DNA of 63,514 nucleotides, filler included, from Saprolegnia diclina VS20 (lineage: Eukaryota): assembly GCF_000281045.1 (NCBI RefSeq). It is 5 parts of 2 records of this genome, joined end to end, with 100 filler letters (N's around TTAATTAATTAA, not from the genome) between each part and the next. Parts side by side here need not be neighbours in the genome. Positions count along the whole stretch, not along the records: positions 1 to 18,540 come from NW_008246080.1; positions 18,641 to 35,013 come from NW_008246082.1; 3 more parts are not named here. One strand, given 5' to 3'. This document shows, one piece after another, positions 11,485 to 20,523 of this stretch (its first letter is position 1; each line of letters opens with the position of its first letter). The notes below the pieces were generated by a model. That model was not told where the DNA came from. It worked only from the letters and a program-made list of their open reading frames with translations, and did not search any database. The translations under genes were made by a program, and so were the position numbers.

Positions 11485-11607
11485 CTGCCGTGCAGAGATG
11501 TGCTACGATCTTATTCTAGTGTTCTGCATATACATATATAGCCGCCATCTTGGCATCTAATAATACTGGGCAATGCGGCTTTCTATTTTCACTCTGCGAT
11601 CCGCGGG

Positions 11608-12846
11608 ATGCTGCGACCGACGCTTCTGCTGTTGCTGCTTGTGCTCGCGCCGGTGACGTCGGCTCTGAACGCGCCGCTGTACGGCCTCAACTACAACAGT
11701 CGCCAAGGACCCGATTGGGACTTGACCAAATGCAAATCCCAAGCCCAAGTGGACGCCGACATGGTGCTCGTCAAGGCACTGAGCCCGCGCGTGCGCATTT
11801 ATAGCCTCACCGACTGCAACCAAGGAGCCATGGTACTCGCGGCGGCCAAGAAAGTCGGCCTCCGAGTGTGGCTTGGCATGTGGGTCGACGCTGGCAACGT
11901 TCATTTTGCGGTCGAGCAAGCCGCGCTGGAGACGCTTGTCAACGCCGGCGCCATCGACGATGCGACCGTCCTCGGCATCCACGTCGGCAGCGAGACGCTC
12001 TACCGCAAGGACATTTCGCCCGAGACGGTACACTGTCTTAGGCACGAAAATCATGATCCGCAATGGACGCGGGTAGGTGATTGCCAACATTCAAACCGTC
12101 AAAAGCTACCTGCGCCAACACCAAATTTACATTCCGGTGGCGACCGCCGACGTCATTGACATGCTCGTGCAATACCCCGCCGTGATCCGCGCCGTAATAT
12201 GTCGACCTCGCCGTCATGGAGCTCAAGCCAACGATGCACTAGGGGGACGTCGTCCTGGCCAACAATTTTCCGTTCTGGGAACTCGCCGACATCAACACGG
12301 CCATGGTCAACTTTGACACCAAGCTAACGACGCTGCGGTCAGTCGCCAACGGCACCGCCATTTACATTGGCGAGACGGGGTGGGCCTCGGACGGGGCCAC
12401 CGTGGGCGCGTCGCCGACGAGCGCAATCAACCATGCGGTACGGACCCTACCCCTTTTCCAATCGGTCGGTTGAGATGCCAGTGTAGACTTATTTGACCAA
12501 CTTTTATGTTTATGCGACAGAGCGCCAACTGCCGTACTTTTACTTTGCAGCGTTTGACGACGCGTGGAAGGGCGCGGGTGTCAACGTCTCGGATACGGTC
12601 GAAGCCCACTTTGGCTTGTACAACAGCAGCGGCCAGCTCAAGCCCGATATCGCGGCACTCATGCTGCCAAGCGTGACGCCATTTCCAGCGACAACGGCAC
12701 CGACGTCGCCTGCATCGACCAGTGCGCAAGACAAGGATGGCGGCGCGTCATCGACAGCGCCATCGACATCTACCGGCTATCGCACAGTCGCGCGCGATGC
12801 GATGGCAGCCTCGGGCCTCTTGCTCGTCGCCACTGTCCTCAACTAG
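11608..12846 (+). CDS. GH17 paralog, tandem duplicate, probably GPI-anchored (4 exons)
   Basis: Same motifs (HVGSETLYR, NNFPFWE, IGETGW, YFAAFDDAWK); three introns at positions equivalent to those in the upstream copy. Confidence 0.92.
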
Positions 12847-13007
12847 GTTTCTACACGATTACATTTATTCAAAATACCACTTGGAGTGATGCTGGATTGG
12901 CTTGAATCGAAGCCAGTCGATTCCTTGCCGACAAACAGAAGTCGAGCCGTTGGAGGTGGTGGAGTGGGGTTAGGTTAAATTAGACAATCGTATTGTCGTA
13001 TATCTGT

Positions 13008-14276
13008 TTACTGGGCCAAGAGCGCAGCGACGCTTTCGGCCGACAAGCTGTCGCCCGAGAAGACGCTGAAGGCATCACCGGGAAACTGCAGGACCTTGAT
13101 GACGCCGGACGCCTCGTCGAGGATCGTGACGTATGTCACCTCCTGGTTGGGCAGCACGTTGGCCCACGTGTCCTTTCCGGGCGACGGGTGTGTGTCCAAG
13201 TAGTAGTAGTGTGTCGCAAGCGTCGACGCGCCGGGCGTGAGCACTTCAGCAATGTCGAGCTCGCCACAGCCACCAGGGTCGGCGAGGCCGCGGCAGTTGC
13301 AGCCGTACTGGTTGGCGCGAACCACTTGGCCGTGCAGCATCCAGATTGCGGGGAGACCACTCTCGCCCATCTTGACTTTGGTGGCAAAGATCTTGCTGCC
13401 CGCCCAGCCTTGGAGACCGTACGTGCCATCATAAAAGCCCTTGCACGTCTCGGGCGTGCACTTGGCTTCCTGCATGATGTTGACTTCGGCGCCGGTCGCA
13501 ATACCGGGCCCGCCGTAGATGTTGCTCGGGTCGGAAGCAGCTTGGAGGGCGCCGCTGAACGCCTGCGCCGACTTGGAGAACGTCACGCCGTCGACCGAGG
13601 CGTAGCCCTGCGGCGCCTTGCCGTTGAACTTGTCCGGGTTGGCATTGTTCATAAAAACAAGGTTGCTCGCTGCGCCACCGCCATACTTGGAGGTTTTGGT
13701 CCAGCCGTTGCCGCCCTTCTGAAAGACGGCAATGTTGTAGATGTCCATGGGCCCGCGGAAGACCATGCTCACGTCTTCATGGAACGGCGCGATGGGGCCG
13801 GACGTGGTCACCGACGTCTTCTGGCACCCTTCGAGCTCGGTCACCATGCTGTACGAGCCGCTGCCCTTGAGGTTGCTGTACTGGAAGACGGCAGTCGCCT
13901 TGGGCACAGGCGTCGTCGAGGGTGGCGCCTGAGTGGCCGTGCTCGGCTGGGTCGTGCTCGGCTGGGTCGTGTTGGCGTTGGGGTTGATGGCGCTGATCGG
14001 CGGTGCGTCCATGACACCGACAACGCAGCCGTTGCAGTACGTCTGCTGGGCCATCTTGCCCTTGAGGTAGCAGTGGCCGTTGTACCATGTGAAGATCCAG
14101 CAGTTGATCGTCTCGATGCAGTCCATGCAGCAGTCGCTCGGGTTGGAGCGCGTCGTCCAGCGCAAATCGTTGCCGTAGTAGTCAATGTTGTAGTCAAACT
14201 TGGGCGGGCACACGGGCGGGAGGCCGCCAGCCGCGGCCAGCGCGACGGTCGCGCACAGAAGCGTCGACTTCAACAT
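13008..14276 (-). CDS. Secreted PAN/Apple + TOS1-like (DUF2403/DUF2401) putative beta-1,3-glucanase
   Basis: MLKSTLLCATVALAAA signal; one DYYGND PAN module; Thr/Pro linker; SGPIAPFHEDVSMVFRGPM, NLVFMNN, GWAGSKIF, PAIWMLHGQVVRANQYGCNC...GCGELDIAE match the TOS1 family, with a GH16-like ExDxxE motif. Confidence 0.85.
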   Translation of the reverse strand: MLKSTLLCATVALAAAGGLPPVCPPKFDYNIDYYGNDLRWTTRSNPSDCCMDCIETINCWIFTWYNGHCYLKGKMAQQTYCNGCVVGVMDAPPISAINPNANTTQPSTTQPSTATQAPPSTTPVPKATAVFQYSNLKGSGSYSMVTELEGCQKTSVTTSGPIAPFHEDVSMVFRGPMDIYNIAVFQKGGNGWTKTSKYGGGAASNLVFMNNANPDKFNGKAPQGYASVDGVTFSKSAQAFSGALQAASDPSNIYGGPGIATGAEVNIMQEAKCTPETCKGFYDGTYGLQGWAGSKIFATKVKMGESGLPAIWMLHGQVVRANQYGCNCRGLADPGGCGELDIAEVLTPGASTLATHYYYLDTHPSPGKDTWANVLPNQEVTYVTILDEASGVIKVLQFPGDAFSVFSGDSLSAESVAALLAQ

Positions 14277-15113
14277 CGTGTAAAAGGCAAACTGAGCTGA
14301 CTTTGCCTTTTCGCTGCGTCGCCAGCTGGGCGTGCGCAAAATCTCGGCCGCTTGTCCCATCGCAGTGGCGCCAGTCGCGGATGACGACACGACACTGCTC
14401 GTCATTGCAGAGGATGCGCTCGATGAACCCATTGGCCGCGACGTAACATAGCAGCTCGAGTGGGCTGCACTTAGCACCAAGCTCTCACTGGGTGCGGACC
14501 AAGCGCTTGTGCTCGCTTGGAGTCGCTCTATCATCTTGCGTCCAGGAAGCATGGAATCGTCGCTGAAAACACATGGCACGGATCGTCGTCGGGCTGAATG
14601 GGTGCGTGAGAGTCTCACGAACGAGCGGCGCCTTGGATGCAGTAGCTAGTAGCTAGGAGCCAAGTCCTACGCCAGTAGCTAGAACCGAGTAGCTGCGCCA
14701 TGTGTGGTGTCGAGACGACGCTTCCATCGCTGCTGTTGCACCCATGCAGAGACGATCGTCCGCTGCCAGTAAGCACAGTCGTATGTGCTGGCCACTGATC
14801 ATCTCTGCCTCGATCCTCGACCACCGTTGATATATATTTGCTCGGCGAGTTGTGTGGTCGGGAGTGGGCTTCTGGAGGACGCTCGTCTTTCGAATTCAGG
14901 CCATCGACAGCAAATGAACATGACAACGAGCTGGTGCCTCTTGGAGCCGAGGCGATGGGTCGATTGCGATCGATATGTTCGATCGATGGATTCTTGGATA
15001 CTGATACTTGGATAGGACGACAATATGCAGCCCGTGGCCAACAAACCAATGCTTGCACAATTCATACATGGTGGACAATCATTATGTTCGTCGACGACTA
15101 ATCTACTATCGTT

Positions 15114-16766
15114 TTACCGACTGATCATGGCACTCACCGCGTCGTTCGAGAGCGCGTTCGTGTCAAAGAACTTGTCGTAGTCGTCGTCCGTGAAGCGCAT
15201 GACCTTGATCGTGCCCGAGGCTTCGTCCATAATCGTCACGAACGTCGCCGCGCGGTCGGTCGGGCGCGTCGTCCACGTGTCGTGGCCCGGCGACGGGTGC
15301 GTGTCGAGGTAGTAGTAGTGCGTCGCGAGGTTGTTGCCGCCGTTCGGAATCGCCTCGGCAATGTCGAGCTCGCCGCAGCCACCGGGGTCCGACATGCCGC
15401 GGCAGTTGCAGCCATACTGGTTCGCGCGCATGACCTGGGCGTTGAGCATCCAGATCGCGGGGAGGCCAGAGCCGTACATGATGGCCTTGACGACAAAGAT
15501 CTTGCTGCCGCCCCAGCCGTTGAGGCCGTACTTTTGATCAAAGACACCGAGGCAGCCACCGGTAGCCGAGCACTTGGAGGGTTGCATGATATTGACTTCG
15601 GCGCCGGTCGCAACCCCCGGGCCACCAAAGATGTTGCTCGGGTCGGACGCATCGCGGAGCCAGCCGCCAAACTGGACCGGCGTCTCGGAGAAGCCCATGC
15701 CGTCGGCCTGCGCGTAGCCTTGGGGCGGCTGGTTGTTAAACTTGTTGGGGTTGAGGTTGTTCATAAACACCAAGTTGTTGGACTGCTGCGGCGTCCACGA
15801 AGACACGCGGTTCCAGTTGCCGCCCGACGGCTGGAAGACCGAGATGCCGAAAATGTACATTGGGCCACGGAAGATCATCGACACTTGCTCGCTGAGCGGG
15901 CCGATCGAGCTGTCGCTGCGCTGGCTCTGGCGCGCGCAGCTCTGGTAGTTGGTCACCATGTTGTAGCTGCCGCCACCCTTGATCGGGTACTTGTACTGCA
16001 CCTTGAGGTTCTGGAACGGGACGTTGGAGCCGCCGGTGGCCGGCGCCGGCACGGGCGACCGACCCGAGAAGAGGGCGACCGCGCCATTGTTGTACGAGCT
16101 ACTGCCGACCTTGTTCTTGAGCCAGCAAGTGCCACCCGTGTAGACCGCCACAAGGCACTGGGCGTTGGCGGCGCAGTCGGCGCAGCAGCCGGACGCGCTC
16201 GACGGCTTGGTGCTGCCAATGTCGTTGCCGTAGTAGTCCGTGTTGGCTTGCTGCGTGCACGACGTCGGCGCGTTCCCACCGACGCGGATGGCCGTCGCGC
16301 CATTGTTGACCGACTTGTCGCCGAGTTTGCTCTTGAGGTAGCACGTGCTGCCTGTGAGGACAGAGACAACGCACTGCGAGTTGGCGGCGCAGTACGTAGC
16401 GCACTCACCGACACTGGTCGCCGCCTTGGCATCGATGTCGTTGCCCCAGTAGTCGGTGTTGGCCTCGGTCGGGTACGGCGAGGACGGCTTGGGAAGAGCC
16501 GTCGCGCCTTGCTTGGTCGACCGAGCGCCGCGGCCGCTCTTGAGGTAACACATGCCACCCGTGTAGACGGAAATCGCGCATTGGTTGTTGGCGCCGCAGA
16601 GGTCGCAGCATGCGCTGGCACTGCTCACCGCCTGGCCGGCCACGTCGTTGCCCCAATAGTCGGTGTTGTCTTCAGCGTTGCCGCACTGGCCCACGGTCGC
16701 GAGGTGGCGCGTGCTGTTGGTGGCCGTCACGCCAGCAACGAGCGCCAGAATGCACCACGTTCGCAT
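15114..16766 (-). CDS. Secreted 3xPAN/Apple + TOS1-like putative beta-1,3-glucanase (paralog)
   Basis: MRTWCILALVAGVTA signal; three NTDY(W/Y)GND PAN modules; catalytic region closely similar to 13008-14276, including PAIWMLNAQVMRANQYGCNC...GCGELDIAE. Confidence 0.85.
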   Translation of the reverse strand: MRTWCILALVAGVTATNSTRHLATVGQCGNAEDNTDYWGNDVAGQAVSSASACCDLCGANNQCAISVYTGGMCYLKSGRGARSTKQGATALPKPSSPYPTEANTDYWGNDIDAKAATSVGECATYCAANSQCVVSVLTGSTCYLKSKLGDKSVNNGATAIRVGGNAPTSCTQQANTDYYGNDIGSTKPSSASGCCADCAANAQCLVAVYTGGTCWLKNKVGSSSYNNGAVALFSGRSPVPAPATGGSNVPFQNLKVQYKYPIKGGGSYNMVTNYQSCARQSQRSDSSIGPLSEQVSMIFRGPMYIFGISVFQPSGGNWNRVSSWTPQQSNNLVFMNNLNPNKFNNQPPQGYAQADGMGFSETPVQFGGWLRDASDPSNIFGGPGVATGAEVNIMQPSKCSATGGCLGVFDQKYGLNGWGGSKIFVVKAIMYGSGLPAIWMLNAQVMRANQYGCNCRGMSDPGGCGELDIAEAIPNGGNNLATHYYYLDTHPSPGHDTWTTRPTDRAATFVTIMDEASGTIKVMRFTDDDYDKFFDTNALSNDAVSAMISR

Positions 16767-17559
16767 GCTTGCGCCAGATTGAAACTGGAGTTGCATCCGA
16801 GATTGCCTCAAATCCGCGTCGGAAAACCACTTGGGATTTGTATCCTATCACTTTTCGATTTAAAAAAAGACGTACGCGACAGATCTGAGTTCGTCAGGTC
16901 GCCGACCTGCGTAATGCTCGCGTCGTTGCCAACCACTCGTGGGCAGCTCTCGCAGCAATAACCAACACGCAGCACACATCGTTAGTACGGCTGCCTCTAT
17001 CAACTGCGCGTATGGCTTGCAACCGTTTCATTAGCCTTGCACAATTCACTCATAGGGCGATCTGCATACTGTACATATCGGTCGATCGGTAAATTTGCTG
17101 AATGCACCAGCAAATGATGTGCAAAGCTCGGCCGAATTCGCTCAGCGAAACTGCTTCGTTCGATTGTTGGGGCCGACTCCCGGTAGCTATAACCTCCAAT
17201 CGGACAAAGGGATTTCTCTTGCTCATCTCGCCGTGTCCAGCATGCGGCCCGGGTGTCCCTGAATCCCACGCATCTGTTGTTGCAAATGGGCACTTTGTTC
17301 GAGGCCACTGTTGCTCGCCACGTAATACATAATCTCAACACGTTGGGCGCGAACCAAGGTCAATGGCGTCACAGCATCGCATCAGCAAGTTTCGAAGACG
17401 ACGCAACGGGCTATTGAGGTGGAAGGCGCAAAGCTTCAGAGCCGCCTGAATCCACATGGAACAGATGGTCTGAAGGGGTTTTGATTGGCCAGGAAGCTGG
17501 TGCCCAATGGGGTTGAGAGGGTTTAGAGGGCGTTGAAGGCCTTCAGAGCCCCGGGCTTA

Positions 17560-18470
17560 GGGTCGATTCACAGTAAAATTTCAAGATGCGGTTCCCAAAT
17601 GGTGGAGAAACGATACACAGTAATTTACATCGGCACCTGGCAAAAAGCAGAGTCTTGGCATCGCTGCCAGCATTGTGAACAGGTGGTATTCTGAGGCCCG
17701 TGATTGGTTGGTTTAAAGGTCCCCCAATGCCACCGTCGCTGGAGCCAACAGGGCTGCCTCCATTTCATTGGCAGAAAATCTGGCTCTCGTTCTTCTGATT
17801 GGTGCAAAACACAAAATACAAAAGAACAAGTGGATACTTGGCGCCTTTTTGTCAAAGGCGTGGCGGGCCTCTCTCTGCCGAGTCCGAGAGAGGCGACCTA
17901 CGTAGTTATGTCTTCTCGTTTCGGAGCTACGTAGTCTTCCTCGGTAGTCTATCGATCCCGCAGCACTGGAAACCCTTGATTCGCGGGCGATGCACGCGAT
18001 CATCGTTGTTGGCGCGCGCCCTAATACACACCCGTGACGACAAACTGGCGCTCCTTGGGACATGGTTCATGTCGACAGTCGAGCGAAGCAACGTGCTCAA
18101 GGCGTTACGATGAAGGCGAGCGCAGAGATGACGACGCCGTGGTGGGCCGTGGGCGGCAGGATGCAAATGGGGCAATGCGCGTCGTCCCGAAGCCATTCCT
18201 TTCGGCGCCATCCTTTTGGCGCGAACCTCTCAGCCAATCAGCACCGAGCGCGCGATCCAGTTCGCGCGATTCCGTCTGACCAATCACCGTCGAGTTTGCA
18301 TGTTACTGTGAATCGCTGTTTTTTGCCTTTACCGTGTCCTGGACCCAGATATCGATTAAGCGGACCTCCGCGAGGTGGTCCAGGACCAACTTTTTTCGGA
18401 GACGATACAGAGGCTTCTGATTGGCTGTTGGGCCCAAGTGACGATAAAAAAAATTACTGTGAATCGACCC
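17560..18470. mobile_element. Non-autonomous PIF/Harbinger (Tourist-like) DNA transposon, 911 bp
   Basis: Perfect 17-bp terminal inverted repeats GGGTCGATTCACAGTAA (17560-17576; reverse complement 18454-18470), flanked by TTA on both sides (17557-17559, 18471-18473); no transposase ORF inside. Confidence 0.85.
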
Positions 18471-18540
18471 TTAAGAGTGTATTCTTCTATCCCCGGGCAT
18501 CCACTGGCGGGGTGAGGGGTTGTAAGGGTCGGGAAGTTGG

Positions 18541-18640
18541 NNNNNNNNNNNNNNNNNNNNNNNNNNNNNNNNNNNNNNNNNNNNTTAATTAATTAANNNN
18601 NNNNNNNNNNNNNNNNNNNNNNNNNNNNNNNNNNNNNNNN
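18541..18640. other. Artificial assembly spacer 44N-TTAATTAATTAA-44N
   Basis: Identical 100-bp construct occurs four times; the core gives stops in all six frames. Confidence 0.97.
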
Positions 18641-18913
18641 CTGCGAGGCCATGACCTCGTCCATGAGTTGGTCGGCGCGCGCCATGAACTCGAGCCGGGC
18701 CGCCGCCGCGTTCTTCTGGACCCGATCGATCGCGTCTGACAGTCGTGCCAGAGCTACGGTGGCATCCCGTGAGAGCTCCCGTTTGCACTCCCGGCTTTCG
18801 GTAGCCATCGTCTCCAAGCTGGCCGACAAGCTGGCACACGTGTTGGCCATCTGATCGTAGCGGTCCGTAACGTGCTGTTGCAGCGAGACAAAGCCTTGCT
18901 GGAGCTCGGCCAT
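18641..18913 (-). CDS. 3'-truncated coiled-coil ORF, possibly a retroelement ORF1/gag N-terminus
   Basis: MAELQQGFVSLQQHVTDRYDQMANTCASLSASLETMA... heptad pattern; runs into the gap; lies among mobile elements. Confidence 0.35.
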
Positions 18914-19534
18914 CGCGTCGACACGCACGAGAGACGACAAGTCGCAGCCGCGCCACCAGCCCCAACAACAACACTCGTCACGTCCAAGCACCACCAGCAC
19001 CGCTCTTTTTGGGGGCTGCGCTGCTGAGCCACTCTCGACATCTCCATCACGCGGCCAAGTCGCGCAAGATCGACAACCAGCGGCAAGGTCCCCCGTCTCT
19101 CCCGACCAGCGGCTTCTACAAGACGCAAGGCAGATCACACGCCGTCGCCACCGAGCCTCACACACTGGCGTGACTTTCAAGCAAGCGGCGCGACCAAGAT
19201 CGCTCCGAGACGGCTTACCACCAACGGACGCCGACCAGGTGACGCTTGACATCAGCACCGACGCAGACGACAAGCACCGCCACGTTTGCACGCAGCAGCA
19301 AACACCAAGGCTCGGTGGCACGACTCTGAAGAACTGCAGCGAGCAAGATGCACCATGTTCCCAACTCGACGCCTCGCTACGAACGACCACGCCCGACCGT
19401 CAGTCTCGAGCGACACCGAGCAATCACCAAGACGAGGCGTCAAGAGCACAAGCACGGACCTCGGTCCACCGGCGCGCTCACCATCGCCAAGCAGTCGCCA
19501 ACGACGCCGATGAGTATGGATCGAAGAGAGTGAC

Positions 19535-19736
19535 TGTTGCGGGTTCTGCCCGTGATCCGAGAAGCACGTGCTTGCAGCTCTGCTTGCAGTTCAAGTTGAA
19601 GCTCAACGACACCGCCTCTGAGAACAGGTTTAGGTTTAGCTTCTTGTAGCACGTCTTAATTCACTCACTCTTCATTTCAACTCCTCTTGAGCACCTCGCT
19701 ACCACCCTCGGTGTGCAGACGAAGCGAGTCTCAACA
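19535..19736. mobile_element. Solo LTR (202 bp), Copia-like termini
   Basis: Starts TGTTG, ends CAACA; 5-bp direct repeat GTGAC on both sides (19530-19534, 19737-19741); AT-richer than flanks. Confidence 0.82.
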
Positions 19737-20523
19737 GTGACCTCGGTGGCGCGCGGACCACGTGAGAAGCGCGGGCTTGAAGCCGAGTCCAGCTTGATGT
19801 TTCAGCGCGAAGTCGGTGCTTTGGTGGAGCCGGTGGCCTTGCGCGCCCTCGCCGATGGCTGGCGGCTCGCCGTTGATGAACTGGAGAATCAATTTGTCGG
19901 TGCAGTCGGACGTCTTGCTGCCCGGCGCCACCCACGCGAGCTGAACCGGTAGACAGCAGTATCATGGCCTTGCCGGTCAAGGTCTTTGCCTCGTGTCGCC
20001 AAAGGAGCAACCGGTCGTGCAGGCGGCGCAGTGCTTCGTCGCAGCGCGGCAGGTTCGGACCAACGAAATGCCAAGCACCGTCGGTCGTCTCATCGTTGTT
20101 GCGCGCGCTGCGACGTTGCTGATGGCTGTGTCAACTGGGCCTTGGCCCTCACCATCGGTCATCTCAAGACGACGGACGCCATCGCATTGGCCATGCCGAC
20201 CTCAAGGCGCAGCTCACGCACCTGCTCGCACCGAAGCACTTGACGCACGCGAACTCGTCGAGTGCGTTGGGATTATAGTGTAGTGTCGGTCCAACTAGAG
20301 TGTACTCTCCCCGAGATAACTTGCGTCTTTGAGTTTGTCAGCGTGAGACTGCAGAGTCGACGCCATCCCAATCGCCGAGGACAAGTACCAACTTGCTCAC
20401 TCCTGGTGACACGCAACTAGATGCAAGGCAAAGTTTATCCATACAAAGCACCTCTCGCGGTGGCTTCTACTACAGCATCAACTTTCGTCGACTCATCGAC
20501 AGCAGACTCATCATCATCGTGCA

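Noticed and set aside
18585..18596. TTAATTAATTAA palindrome repeated four times
   Set aside because: Always centred in 44N+44N; an artificial six-frame-stop linker, not biology.
19626..19640. GGTTTAGGTTTAG telomere-like sequence
   Set aside because: Only two imperfect units, inside the solo LTR.
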